The notes: generated by a model not told the origin, from the sequence alone. A DNA stretch of 64,000 nt from Octopus vulgaris (GCA_951406725.2 OX597814.1:64976001-65040000); one strand, 5' to 3'; numbered from the stretch's first letter, positions 39,820-53,687 are shown. Numbers and translations: made by a program.

Positions 39820-40917
39820 GAGGTCCGTTCAAAAAGTATCCGACCTTTGTGCATAAAAACTAAAACAAAAATACTTTTCTACATTTCACGAATTTATTTA
39901 ATCACATACTTCCCTTGAGAGTTCATGCATTCTTCCAGTGGTTCTTGAATGACATGAAGCTCTGCCTCCGCTTTTCTCACAGTTTCCTCTCTCGACTCAA
40001 AGCGCGTCTCTTTCATGGTGGTTTTCAGTTTGGGGAACAACCAAAAGTCGGGAGAATAGGGAGTTTGTCGAACATTGTGGAATGAGCGGGCGTATTGTCG
40101 TGGTGAAGTTTAAAATTCTTCGCCGCCCACATGTCCGGCCGCTTTCGACGCACATATCACGAAGGCAACTTACAATCTCCAGGTAGTATTCCTCATTGAT
40201 TGTTAGGCTTTGAGATGCATATTCATGATCCACAATACCACGGGAGTCAAGTCAACATTACCTTCATATTTCTGGGACCTGTTGTACTTTTTTTTGGCCT
40301 TTGTGACGACGGATGCTTCTAATTGGAGGACTGGAACTTGGTTTCTGGGTTGTAACCATAAATCCATCTCTCATCACCAGTGATGATAGTCTTCTTTACT
40401 TCTTTCTCTGTGTACATGTGTACGTGAATGTGTGTGCGTCTTTGCGCATCATGCGTACGTGAGTTTGTGCGCGCGTGTTTGCGTATCATGAAACCTTGGT
40501 GGTGCTTTGCACAATCCAGCATGTCCTGAGCGATTTCCAAGCAGAGTTGCTTTTGCTTCTGTGCCAGCACCTTCGGTATCAATTTCGCCGGCAATTTCCG
40601 CATGCATAAATCCTTCGTTAAAATGGAATACACTGATTCTGTGCTTATTCTCACATCGTGAGCAATTTTCTGGTTTGTTACACGACGGTCTCCCATGACT
40701 ATTCGCCGAACTTTCTATGTCTACTCCTCGTTTCGACTTGCAGATGTCCTGCCTGAGCGTGCATTGCTCTCCACTGAGGTGCGTCTATGTTTAAAGTGGC
40801 TATACCACCGCCTGATCTGAGTTTCGCCCATTCCATCACCGTCAAAAGTCTGCTGTATTTATTGGGTTGTTTGAGCTTGAGTATGATCAAGATTTTGGCA
40901 AATCTTGATGCATCGAT
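39820..40917 (-). mobile_element. mariner transposon pseudogene with an insertion at 40396-40486
   Basis: RCIKIC, QIRRWYSHFK, DRRVT, AKLIPKVL, TIITGDERWIYGYNPETK, TINEEYYLE; TIR GAGGTCCGTTCAAAAAGTATCCGAC. Confidence 0.88.
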
Positions 40918-40949
40918 TATTATTATTATTGTTGTTGTTGTTGTTGTTA

Positions 40950-41170
40950 GGAAGACACCGTACTGGGAAAGTCGTTAGAACGCCGGGTAAAATGTTTAGC
41001 GCTATTTCGTCCGTCTCTACGTTCTGAGTTCAAATTCCGCTGAAGTCAATTTTGCATTTCGTCCTTTCGAGGTCGATAGAATAAGCATCAGTTGAACACT
41101 GGGGTCGATATAATCAACTTACTCCTTCTTTGAAATTGCTGTTCTTGTGCCAACATTTAAAACCAATATT
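40950..41170 (+). mobile_element. SINE family A
   Basis: GTCGTTAGAACGCCGGG..GTTCTGAGTTCAAATTCCGC..CAGTTGAACACTGGGGTCGAT; preceded by (TTA)(TTG). Confidence 0.85.
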
Positions 41171-42199
41171 AACTTCATAACTCCTGTCAGCGTTTGATCA
41201 TTCTTTATGAGTACGCAGACCACACGAGATTTGTTTGACATCTCGGTTCAGTGAAAGAACCATGCTGGAATTATTCTATTTGAGTGACTTTTTTAACGAT
41301 TCAGTTGTCTTATCTTGCTTGTTAATTGCACATTTAAAACTCTTTGTTCGTTTTCTGTTTGAAGATAATTTCTATCGTTTTGTCTGATGTTGTTGACTGT
41401 AATTTCATTCATTGTATTGTTTTTAATGTGTATTAAAGGGATTTGCATGTTATTTCACGTCTATGCGCACAAAATCATACAAGAAGTTTGATATTGACAA
41501 CATCGAAGTTGGTATTGCTTAAGTTCTGTATCTTTTGATCACCCTGGGCAAGTAGAAATGTTATTGAAGGTATTCCCTTCTTGTGGTAACCATCACCGTT
41601 ATAGTGGTAGGTAGTATTACAGTATCAAAGGAATCTTCTCTTTACTCATGTCAGTATTACGAATTTCAGAGAGATTTATCTGCTATTTCTTGCAGGTCGG
41701 CCTATCATTAAGATGCTCCCTCGTTTTTCTTGTCTGAGTCAGTTGATTTACAGTCTGATGAATTCATATAACAGTTTTGTTTATATATCAATTCCTTGTC
41801 AAAATACACGATAATAGATCCAGTTGTTCTAATGTTCTAATTTGAGAATTCCTTCCCTAATATCGAATAACTTATGATTGTTTAACTTTGTTATTTTCGC
41901 TGTTCTTTTCGTCGTCATAGTTGTTGTTGATACTGTCGCTCTTAAGTCTGTGATCGGTTTCAAACGAAAATATTCAAGACCAGTGGCGCTCCATATTTGC
42001 AATCTATTCCTTTTCTCTAAGTCGAAAGTATATCATTCTCATTAATAATACAGTATATGGTAGGATTTCCTTTTTTGACCGCATAATGTTTGATTTCAAC
42101 GAGATTTCGCTCTATTTCTAACGAGTCGACCGTGAATACACTCCGTGATTTCTTCGTTACTATCACATTTATTCTAACATAGTAAGTTATGCAACTTTA

Positions 42200-42572
42200 T
42201 CTTTCACTTGTTTCAGCCATAAGACAACGGCCATGCTGGGGCACCGTCTTTAAGAAATTTTAGTCGAATGAATCGACCCCCACTACTTATTCCTTTAATT
42301 CTATTAGTCTCTCTTGCCGAACTGGTAAGTTACGGAGACATGGATACACCAACAATGGTTGTCAAACGGTGATGGGTAGGAGGACGAAAACAAACATACA
42401 CGCACGCGCGCGCACACACATACACATATTCAACGGGCTTTATTCAATTTCCGTCTGCTAAATCCATTTACAAGGCATGGTCGGCCCGAGGATATAGTAG
42501 AAAACAATCGCCGAAGTTACCATGAAGTGGGACTGAACAATGAACGGTTCGGACGAGAACGAAACTTCTTTA
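42200..42572 (-). mobile_element. SINE family B, near full length
   Basis: Minus B-box-like GTTCAGTCCCAC, internal (CA)n, tail GACGGTGCCCCAGCATGGCC..CTGAAACAAGT. Confidence 0.8.
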
Positions 42573-43067
42573 CTAGTAGAATAAGTTATAGTATTTTTTA
42601 ATCTCAATTTTTACTATGAATTCAAAGTAGGTAATTTCTAATCATTGTGAAAACGAATATTGAAAAAAGACTGATTTTCCGAAACGTCTAACAAACCGAA
42701 GCATTCGAAAGAAATGAAACACGGTAAATCACACAATATATCATATACTCCACAAACAACTTCTGAAAAATACCAATATTTATATTTTGAAATGTTTTGA
42801 AAACTGAATAACTGACTTGATATTCATTTTCTTATATACATTTTTTAAACATACACCCCCTCCACACACACATGTATATATATATATATGTATGTAAGTA
42901 TGTATGTATGTATATATGTATGTATAAATCTTCAATGGTTTTGTACATGTATATTATATATGTATTGGTGTCAGTAGGCCCATGAATAGAAACATGTGTT
43001 CAGTCATAAAAAAAATATGCATAATAGATACATGTAGACATACATAAACGCACACAGACAGATATAA

Positions 43068-43150
<83 letters not shown>

Positions 43151-43999
43151 TAAACATAGGGACACATTTACGTGAAGTTATACTTATTACATAAATACAT
43201 GAATACACGGCAACTCAAACAGAAACACAAATATGGATATATAGACAACAATCGCTTGGAGAGTTATACATACATATGCGTATATAATTAAACACTCAGC
43301 AGGTATGATTGTTTGTGAAACATTCGGAGCTTGTTCTATTTAAGTAAGAAAGAAAAATATTTATCTGATAAGAATAGAGAACACTTTCTGTTCATAGTTG
43401 TGTCATTTTACTATAAAAATATTTTCTCAGTAGTTATTACGAATAAGTTCCGTAAAAGTCTTTCATATTCGTATTAGTTTCTAGGGCAAAAAGAATAAAA
43501 TAAGGACTACAATATCTTTCTTTGTTTAGTTGTTTATTTAAATTGTTAGCTGCATTTTTGCAAGCGGAAGTTTATATATTATTTTTTTCTCCACATTGCG
43601 TTGCATCTTATACGAAGAAAAACGTTTAGCTTCCGGATACATGTATTGAAGCCGGGTGATAGCGTTAGGTTTAGGTTTGTGAAAATGGATTTCTTGCGAA
43701 TGGATTTTTCAGGGTTTAACCTCATGTGAGCTTTGGGCAAGCAGAATCAATGACCACAATCGTTCGATCCATAAGGACCTAGCCTGTTATTTCTTCTCAC
43801 TATTAGCCAAGATTTTTTTTTTTTTGTAAGATCTCATTTCAGGGAGATGCAGTTACTATTTTTAAGTTCCTTCGCTTCCTGAGGACAGAAACGGGGAATA
43901 AAGCATTTTCCCGGAGTAAAGTACAATCACAATTATGCTGTCCATGATTCTATTCGATATTTGCAAATAGTTTCATTTCGTCATGTGCAACATCTCATA

Positions 44000-44835
44000 C
44001 ATCATCATCATCATCGTCGTTCTTTAACGTCCGCTTTCCATCCTGACATGGGTTGGACGGTATGACTGAGAACTGGCAAGCTGGGAGGCTACACCAGGCT
44101 CCAATCTGATTTGGTAAGGTTTCTACTGCTGGATGCTCTTCTTAACGCCAACCACTCCGAGAAAGTAGTAGGTGCCTTTTACGTCCCACCATCACGGGTG
44201 ACATTTAGGCGGCACTGGCTTCAGCCACGCTTGAATGGTGCTTTGACAGGTCTTCACAAGCATGGTATATTGCCCAACGACTAAAGGGCGCTTTTAAATG
44301 GGCCTGCTATGCGACACTGACATCCACCACGGCTACGATCTAACTCGGCTTGTCGGGTCTTCTCAAGCACAGCATATCTGCAAAGGTCTCGGTCGCTTCA
44401 CTTGTCATTATCTCTGTGAGATTCAACGTTCGAAGGTCATTCTTCACCACCTTATCCATGTCATCTTGAGTCTATTCTTCCATAGGTTCCCTCCACTGTT
44501 AGGGTGTGACACTTCTTCACACAAGTGTTCTCATCCATACGCAACACATGACCATAACAGCGCAGTCGTCTCTCTTGCACAGCACATCTGATGCTTCTTC
44601 TGTCCAACTTTTCTCTTAGGGTGCTCACACTCTGTCGTATAAGCACACTGACATTATGCATCCAGCTGAGCATACTAGCTTCATTTCTTTCATGCCTACG
44701 CATGTTCTCAGCAGTTACAGCCCATGTTTCACTGCCGTGTAGCATGGCTATTCGCACACAGATATCATAGAGTCTACCTTTCACTCTGAACAATAGGCAC
44801 TTTGTTACCAGCAGAGGTAGAAGCTCTCTGAACTA
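44000..44835 (-). mobile_element. RTE-group LINE 3' fragment with (GAT)n tail
   Basis: FRELL, RVKGRLYDICVRIAMLHGSETWAV, NEASML, ERRLRCYGHVLRM. Confidence 0.9.
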
Positions 44836-44891
44836 AAATATTCAGAGTCAGACATATAAAGAGGCACTTGCACACAAAATATATAGAAATA

Positions 44892-46146
44892 TTTGGTCAT
44901 CAAGTATGAAATTTGTAGTAAGGTATGTGGTAAAATTTGACAGCTGCTCATTTTGCGCCATTATTATATTTTGACAATCTTTCTTTCTTTTTTTTTTGTT
45001 AGAAAGCTGACACAACTATTTCTTCATTCTAACTAATTTTGAGCTTTATAAAGTTTTTATAAATCGATTTTTGCAATTTGTGTTTAGAGATAAGACGGAA
45101 ATTCGTACAGTTTTGAAATATGAGTTCTTTCTTGGAAATACAGCATCACAGACAGCTCGGAGTATTAATGAAGTATTTCACTCTAATGTTAAAACACACC
45201 AGATAGTATCAAATTGGTTTTCAGAATTTCGTACCGGTAACTTTGACTTCACAAATGAGCAACGCGGTCGACCAGAAACAAATGTGGATAATGACGAACT
45301 GAAAGCCACCGTCAAGTCAGATCCATCTGAAAGTGCCCAGGAATTATGGTTGTTGTTTGGTGTTAGCAAGTAAACAATATTGACTCACCTAGTTCAAATC
45401 GGTAAAGTGAAAAAGTTGGATGAATGGGTTTCACATGAACTCACTGAAAATCAGAAACAGCAACGTTTGCAAGCCTGCATCATGCTACTTCCTCGTCACA
45501 AAAATGAATAATTTTTGAATCGAATTGTAACATGTGATGAGAAATGGATCGAATACAACAGCAGTAAACGTTCAGCATAATGGTTGGACAAAGACAAGCC
45601 ACCAAAACACAGTACAAAAAGCAAAATTCATCAAAGGAATATGATGGTGTGTGTTTGGTAGTCTCGTGCAGGTGTGATCCATCAGGATTTCATTAAACTT
45701 GGCTCATCAATCGCGGCCGAAGTATACTGCAGTCAACTGGACCAAATGATGCAGAAACTTACAAAAAAAAAAAAAAAACCAGCCTAGATTAACCAACAGA
45801 TCCACAAGACAACGCTAGACAACACATCACAAAAATAGCATTAGCAAAACTACAGGAGTACTCACCTGATCTTTCCCCACAGACTACTACTTCTTCCAGA
45901 ATTTGGATAACATTTCGATAGGAAGAAAATTTTATTCCGACGATGCTGTAAAACAGGCCTTCCAAGATTTTATTCTCTCTAGATTGCCAGGTTTATACAT
46001 TTCTGAGGTGGACAAGCTACCACTGAAATGGCAAAAGTGTATTTACAATATGCGTGCATTCTTTGATGAATAAAACTATTCGTTGTATTTATAAAACATT
46101 AGCAAACTTTTTTCCTTTTCTACAAATTTCATATTTGAGGACCTAC
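44892..46146 (+). mobile_element. Full-length mariner (cecropia/Hsmar1-like) pseudogene
   Basis: TIRs GGTCATCAAGTATGAAATTTGTAG / CTACAAATTTCATATTTGAGGACC with TA flanks; WFSEFRTG, RGRP, WVSHEL, IVTCDEKW, QDNAR, YSPDLSP; several stops. Confidence 0.92.
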
Positions 46147-46828
46147 TATTTGTTTCCTAGAAAATTATATTGTTACAGTTTTTATATTTCTGTTTTAGTT
46201 CATTATTACTATCTTCAAGTGTATCTCTGAGAACAAATAACGATTCGGAACAAATAACGAAATGAAGGCCCATTGATACAGCAACAACGTATACAAAGTT
46301 TAAAAAAATATATCGCATAAATATGCAAGGGGCGGAACATAGGTTCTATGCAGAACGTATATAGAGGAAACATGTCTAACACTGATAAGAAATAAAGAAT
46401 AATTAGGCAGAAAGATTTGGTTCACCTAGGTTGCGTCAGATTACCCTGCAAATCGACGTATCTGTAACTTCATTTACTGAGTTCTGGTGTCTTAGAAATC
46501 GTTTTATTCTTTTCTTTTATTTATTTATAAATTTTTTCTATTTTCTTTCACTTGAATATGGTAAGACAGCGCCAGCGTGCTTGACGTAAGTTTCTTTTAA
46601 AAGGTAGAAATTTAAGGGAAGGTTTTTGTCGATTCGACACATGCCCTAATCTTGGCTCTGCTCTCACTTCTGACATGCTAATGGTCAAACAGTTTTTTGT
46701 GGCCACAGTGTTCCCCAATCCCTGTCTTTGATTTAGCCATGTAGTGGTCTATCTGTATGTATGCATATGCGCATGTATAAATGAATATATGTGCATGTAA
46801 ATGCAACTGATGTATATGTATGTGTATG

Positions 46829-46862
<34 letters not shown>

Positions 46863-47455
46863 CAAAGACACAATGAAGCAGGCTCAACACTGAAGGCAGT
46901 AGACAAACCATCCCTCTTCTCACACATTTGCTCTCCTCCCCACTTTACTGGGCCCTGTAACTAGTTAAATACATCAATGGGTATGTCATCAATGGGTATG
47001 TCATATATACGTATATAAATGCCATTTACCATGAGATTTTATTAATTTTAGTTACTTTTTTTCGTCTTTTTTCCCAGAAAAATGTGGGAACACTTATAAT
47101 TACTGCTACTGTCTATCGGGTTGTGTGTGCATATATGTATATATGTGTATATATATGTACAAATACATACACACGTTTATATATGTATGTATATGTACAC
47201 ACACAAACATGTTTCCTCTTGTATGCATATACTAATATATATGTGTAATATATACACATGTATATGTATATATACGTATATACATATTTTTCCTCGCTTT
47301 ATTTTTCTCCTTCATTCCTGTGCTTCTTTCTTGTTTTCTCTCCTTCCTTTGTCCTCTCTCCCCCTCTCTCTCTGTTGGCCAGGCTGAAGCAAAGTGTCTG
47401 GAGGAAAATAAAAAAAATATGAAAGATCTTTTAAAGTTACTTTCTCTTAGATAGC

Positions 47456-47498
<43 letters not shown>

Positions 47499-47499
47499 C

Positions 47500-47719
47500 T
47501 TAAAAGCAGCAGAAATATAACCAAAAGCTGTTACTCGGAGTTTCACGTTCCCGTTCGTCGGACAGTTTTGTTTAAAAAGACTGTCCTACGACGGGAACGT
47601 GCAACTCCGAGTAACAGCTTTTGTTATATTTCTGCTGCTTTTAAATAAAGCATATTACTCTACCTCTGGTATTTGAGTACTCTTTTTTCCGCCTTGTTTC
47701 ACATTTATATGCTTACTCC

Positions 47720-47721
<2 letters not shown>
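47500..47721. mobile_element. Short Penelope-type fold-back element between (TA)n tracts
   Basis: Inverted arms 47500-47566 / 47580-47644 plus a ~75-bp tail; the arms carry a hammerhead fold. Confidence 0.8.
47528..47565 (-). ncRNA. Minimal type I hammerhead ribozyme candidate (core CCGACGA)
   Basis: CTGT-CCGACGA-ACG[GGAA]CGT-GAAA-CTCCGAG-TA-ACAG. Confidence 0.72.
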
Positions 47722-47790
<69 letters not shown>

Positions 47791-48291
47791 ATACGTGCAT
47801 ATATTGCTGTATGTGGTATAGTAGCTTTGTGACGATTTTTTTTATCAAAGGAAGTTTATCCAGCTCTCCGGCTAAGATATATATAAAATCATCTCCATAC
47901 ATGCATACACGCACAGACTCTTATTTTTCAGACCTTGAGTTTGGAGTTTGGTGCGTGTTGTATTTCAGTTTGAGTGAAAAGTATTACAGAGTATATGTAT
48001 ACACACACATACAGGCATGGCTTGGGTATATAATATCAGTACTCCTGTGTATACATCAGTGTTTGTATCTCATGGTGCATATCACCACTCAATAATGATA
48101 TTGTAGGATATTATGTATTACTGCAATTTGTACATTAATTTCTCAAGTCAGAATGATAAAAACAAGTGATGTCGCTGGCATCAGAACTCCGAACATAAAC
48201 ATCAAGAGCAAATGCTGCAAAGCCACACAGCCACACACTGACCAGAAGAGAACAGTCGATTAAATTAACTTCAGTTCCTGACAAATGTGAA

Positions 48292-48672
48292 TGCGTTTAG
48301 CAAAGTAGTTATGGTGTTGCACTCACTATAATCAGGTCGTAGTTTCGATTCCCGGACGAGTTAGCGTGCTCTGTTCTTGAGCAAAACACATTCACGTTGT
48401 TCTAGTGCTGTGTGGGCACCAAGTTGTGAAAGAATAGACCCAACGTCTCCTCCACGTGTCGTAAAAAGCAACTAATAAGCGGACGAAATAGGATTTGCAC
48501 TCCGATATTTAAAAACCCTCACCAGTAACGACTACCCAAACAAACCTATCAGTTGGAAGGTTGATGCTTGATTGATTCAAGGATATCATCCACCAAAAGT
48601 AGTAGGGAATCGCCAAAAAATGGTGAATGCAGCGACGCTCTGTAACAGCGCATACCGCTATACTACTACTAC
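48292..48672 (+). mobile_element. SINE with a family C-like head and a different central domain
   Basis: GTTTCGATTCCCGG B box, GTTCTTGAGCAAAACAC, then CCACGTGTCGTAAAAAGCAACTAA, which resembles a conserved metazoan SINE central motif (TGTCGTAAGAGGCGACTAA); (TAC)n tail. Confidence 0.6.
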
Positions 48673-49239
48673 TTGACAAATAATTACTTCATTTTACCGA
48701 AACACAAATGACAAATTTAATCTCGACCGGATTTGAAAGCCCAAAGGCACAGGAAGACTTCTGCAAAATCTCAGACTTTAGCAGATTCTTAGATACGTAC
48801 AAGGCTCCCAAAATTAAAGAGGGTCAAAAATTTGTTTACAATTACTGTACTCATTTTATCTACTTCGGAACTAAATGAGCGTAGCTGAATATTTTAAGTC
48901 AGTTTATACGATGTTCCATCGGTTTCACAAAAGCTGTAATAATATTACTAATAATTTCAATGATAGGCAGACGGTGCAAATGTTGGTTTCCATCAGCTGT
49001 TTTAATGACCTGGGCTAGATGGTTACTCGAGTAGGTGATTAAACAATGCCTTTCGTCATTTCTCTTACCATGTCTCGTTCGTTTTATATATCTCTGTTTC
49101 ACTCTTTTCCCGCTCTCTATCTCTCTCTATTGTGCACATACATTCGCTAAGACGTAGATAACCAGTCTTCTTACACTAGACCTACCGGATATTTCGAGGA
49201 TGTAACATCTGAAGGAAAAGAGAATAGCACCTGAAATCG

Positions 49240-49385
49240 ACAATCAACTTTCAGCTAAGTAGAATGGAGGAACATGATATGAAGAAAAACACATTCTTCA
49301 AAGGAACATAACCATTCTTGGTCCAGAAATCGAACTAACAAGATTTTGATCATGAGCCAAACACCCTAGCCACTACACCACGGAC
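49240..49385 (-). mobile_element. SINE family C remnant
   Basis: GTCCAGAAATCGAAC..GATCATGAG..CCCTAGCCACTA matches 36297-36352. Confidence 0.6.
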
Positions 49386-49387
49386 TC

Positions 49388-49447
<60 letters not shown>

Positions 49448-49702
49448 CACCCTCCCCATCTCTTTCTTTTTCTATGTCATTCTCTGTATACATACATACA
49501 CACACAAATGTATGTATGTATGTACATACGTATTGGTTCCTCGCTAGTCTGAGTCTCACTTGTAAGAGCACAATATCTTCGGGTTATTTAGAGTCCAACT
49601 GATGGGATTAGCATGACATCTGTACATACATTACTTGTCAAAGGGTTTAGCGATGGAGATGGTATTGAGTACTCTTTTATTTCTGAATGTCAACAGTATA
49701 CA

Positions 49703-49739
<37 letters not shown>

Positions 49740-50068
49740 ATGTGTACACGCGTGTGTGTGTGCGTGTGTGTGTATGTGCACGCGTGTGTGTGTGTGTGTG
49801 TGCATGTGCGCGTGTGTATAACAAATGAGAGAAACAGATGAAATACAACAGATATATTATTAATCACAACGATCGTTTCAACCTATCTTGCGTCAGTTTC
49901 CCGCGGGTGAGTTACTGTACAAATGGTTATGGTGCATCCTTCGGTGCAGATGTGTCTCGTCAGGTGAGTGATTTTTAAAAGGAGCCTCGCTCAATAAACT
50001 CAGGTGGCTGCCTACGTGGTTTGGGGAGTGTCTATGAGAATGGATTGACATAGGAGAGTTAGTTTGAG

Positions 50069-50131
<63 letters not shown>

Positions 50132-53100
50132 GAACTCTGTTTTCAGAACTCTGTTTTCGTGGATTTCAAAGAGGAAAGACGTGTGTTCGTGAGCTGTAAG
50201 TTTTTGTACAATTTTTCAGATAATATTGTTGTATCTGAAACTTTTAATGACATTTCTGTGGCCAGGCCGACTGGGCTCTTGCTGAGCTGAGTCGTTAGGC
50301 GGGACGTTATCCTGTTTTATCATTTTTCAGTTTTAAAATTTGCAAAACGTCCTTGGTGAAGAGTGTCAGGCCTTCCATTCCTTTTGATTTCCCCCTCTGC
50401 TGTCGGAAAATAACCAAAGAAGTTTTAAAGTTAATTATCTCCGCCCTCTCCGCGCCTTAAAAGGCAGAGAGAGGATCGACCAAAGTCTTGCTAGCACGTG
50501 CAAAGCTGAGCAACAGAAGGAAAAAGAAGAAAATAAACTCACGAAAGAAGAGGAAAAACACGCAAATTCAGTTAATGGACGCTGCTAGCGTCGCAACATC
50601 TGTGAATCGAAGCCCCCCCCCCCTACTACCACCACTAACACATCGAACACTCGAACAACAACTACAACCCAATGCATTAAACAGCCATGTTTTACTTTAA
50701 TGGTAAAGCCTAGAAATGAATTCATTGATGTTTCTGTAGAATTTCTCAAAGACTAAAGAAACATGTTAAGAAAAAGCGAAAGATGTGTTTCGATAAACGC
50801 ACCTCCAGATATTATAGACAATACAAACAAACGTACCATAGTGTACAAAACTATATCTTTAAAAAATAGACGCTTAGAAACTGCCACAAAGCAAGCAGTT
50901 GAAAAATGCTTGCAAGCCATTTGTAAAGACGTAACATATCTGTCGAGGTATAAGAAATATGGCACAATTGAAGTCAGATTTGCTACAGAACACGGAGCTA
51001 AACAGCATTCAGCAGTCCAGCTGAGAAACTTGTTCTAGTACTAACATACTTGGGGCGGCTCGTCACCAAGATAAAAATACTGGAGATATCACCAGAAATA
51101 AATGCTGGATTGTCGCAGCCGTCCTCCTCGACTTGGAAGATAAAATCAGAACCATCCAAGTCGAGAAACAAGGTAACAACAACTGAATTGGTCAGGAATG
51201 ATCCAAATAATGGTCCAAATAAGCCAAGATGTTTTGGAACAAATTCCTGAACAACTCAGCCTTCCAGCTGACAATATGCTGAACGTCACAGTTGAGGGCA
51301 GAATGCCAAGATGTTATCAATGCGGACAGAATAACCACCTGAAAGTCTTCTGCCCACAACTAGAACAGAGGGAGGGCACTACCCATTTGATACAAGCACT
51401 ACCCACACCACAAAACTGAAGCTACCTTAATTACAGAAGCAACCCCACCAAGTGAAAAAAAAAACAAACGAAAAGAAAGCAGAGGGGGCTCCAGCAAACG
51501 CATCACCACCAACAACAACTATACCAGTGACAACGCCAACAACAAAAGAAGCGCTGATCACAACCATCACACAGCGCCTACAAAAACGCCATCGCATCTC
51601 TTGCTAAAAAAAACATTCAGCAAATTTCGACCCACTGGAACCATCTCTTCCCGAATCTGACCACCCAGACGTGTCGTGCGGAGAGGCCGATAGAAGTGAG
51701 TGGACAGAAATTACACGCACAACAGTATACCAACAAATAAACAAGCTGTACCCCACAAAAGCATTCAAAATCACCCGAAAACAACATCACATAAACATCC
51801 ACGCTTCCAACACCTTCACCAACACCACCACTAAAAACTCCACAGATACAGTCAATAGTACAAGGCACAACAGGGTCAACACAGAAAGTAAACGAAAATA
51901 ACAAAAACACCACAAAACTCACCGCCATAAACACAGACAACACAAACTTACTATTATACATAAAGAAAAATACAGACGTCAAAATGGCAGACTTTGTTTC
52001 CCCCACGCATAATGCACCGCTACCATACATACAGATACTTTGAACATCGCAACATACATACAGCAATATAAAATCCAAATTTCCACAGGTAGTTGGAGGC
52101 TTCAACACGGAAGTGTTCTGGAGCCTCTACAAATCTTTGATCATGGAGATTACTACACCCCACTTCTCCTTTTTCTTTTTACCAGTCATTCAAATGCTCA
52201 TACGTAAAATAGGTTGTATAAATGTACGTGGCTTGGGGTCATCTTGGAAACAAGGCCACCTATCAACGACCTCAGGTCACGAGGAATAGACGTAATAACC
52301 GTTACTGAACCCAGGCTAACCGAACTGCGAGCTTTCTTGCGCATTTTCCATGACTACGAGATCTATTCATCTCCGTCTCGGTGGGGAATGAGTGGTGGGG
52401 GTACTGCGGTATTGTTTCGGAATGGTCTGAATTTCAAAAAAGATCCGTCTTCTTGGACACAGAAGGTAAGTTGGTGGTTCTGGACGTGAATGGTAGTGAC
52501 AGTGAGGCCTTCAGACTGGTGGCTGATTACGCGCCGACAGGTGCAGGACATCCAGAATATTACAGGTGTCTGGAGGTATTCCTGGGTATGTCCCCACCTT
52601 TAGTGTTAGAGGGTGATTTCAACGCCATCATAGCTGCACAAGTGGACTCTGGGGCTAGCCGATAGGAAACGGGGTTGCAAAAGCCTCGCAAACCTGCTAA
52701 GACATTTTCAGCTGTCTGACAGATACCGACTGGATTTCTCAAATGTGCCAATGTGGTCATGGGCAAACTGTGTCGGAACATTCAGACCGTTTCTAGAGTA
52801 TTTTGAAGGTCTTTAGATAGGGATAGTATTAGTTGTCCACAAGTTCAAATAGTCAGCTACACAGATCACAAATTGGTGACCTGTAAGATCGACTTAGTAT
52901 CATACGTAGACAGGGCCCCTCTATAGGCACGGAAGTGCCGTCAGTCGTACCTGTCTGAGATGTATGCAGAGTGATGAAATTGTTCTGCACACTCTCATCC
53001 AGTGCTCGAGCATATCTGATATATGGGTTTATGTCAAAATCCTGCTGTCACGTGAAGGACGAGTCCGCTTGTCGGCTGATTACATCATGAAAATTACCCC

Positions 53101-53618
53101 GCCGCCTTCATTTGGCCGGTAAGGGAAGGCAATTTTCATCTGTCTCGTGGCTGTAAATATGTTGTGTGGTGGTCTAGACTGAAAGGGTTGAAGACAAATA
53201 ATTTTCTCTTTGGCCTACCCGTCATCAACTTTTTCAGATACCATCTGAAAAGGAAAGTGAGGGTTGGGAGAGAAGTGCTGACTTCCAGCAATTTTGTTTA
53301 AAGGTGGGTGAATGTGACGAAGATGATCCGTGTCAATAGGCCTACTTTGACATGCGCTTTTGAGTTTCCAAAGCTGATAGAGAGAGAGAGAGAAAGTTGA
53401 GTAGAGGGCTCTTGCCCTAGTGGTCGTGGCGCTTGTGGATTTTTCGTAGGGTCTCCATGAGTAGCCCAGTGTTACTTGTTTCTTTTAGGCACTTTCTTTG
53501 TTATATTTTTCATTGTTATTGACTTTTTACCCGACGCTTTATGTAACCCCACTTTGTCGTTCATATTTTGTAATGTCAAATCTTATTTTTGTCGGTCCAT
53601 GTGGCTAATAAAGAAAGG

Positions 53619-53620
<2 letters not shown>
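50132..53620 (+). mobile_element. L1/Tx1-like LINE with 5' UTR, ORF1 and endonuclease; RT deleted; bounded by (TTA)n on both sides
   Basis: ORF1 KYGTIEVRF and VTVEGRMPRCYQCGQNNHLKVFCP (CCHC knuckle). ORF2 KIGCINVRGL, DVITVTE, GGGTAVLF, EGKLVVLDV, YAP, LEGDFN, TDHKLV, then a jump to CLRC..VLHTLIQC. AATAAA at the end; (TTA)n at 50069-50131 and 53619-53684. Confidence 0.88.

Positions 53621-53684
<64 letters not shown>

Positions 53685-53687
<3 letters not shown>

Noticed and set aside
41180-41600. Possible Penelope RT relic (minus TNFDVVNI)
   Set aside because: A single short motif; nothing colinear could be confirmed.
49895-49970. Two strong splice-donor-like GGTGAGT sites
   Set aside because: No upstream acceptor or coding exon could be paired with them.
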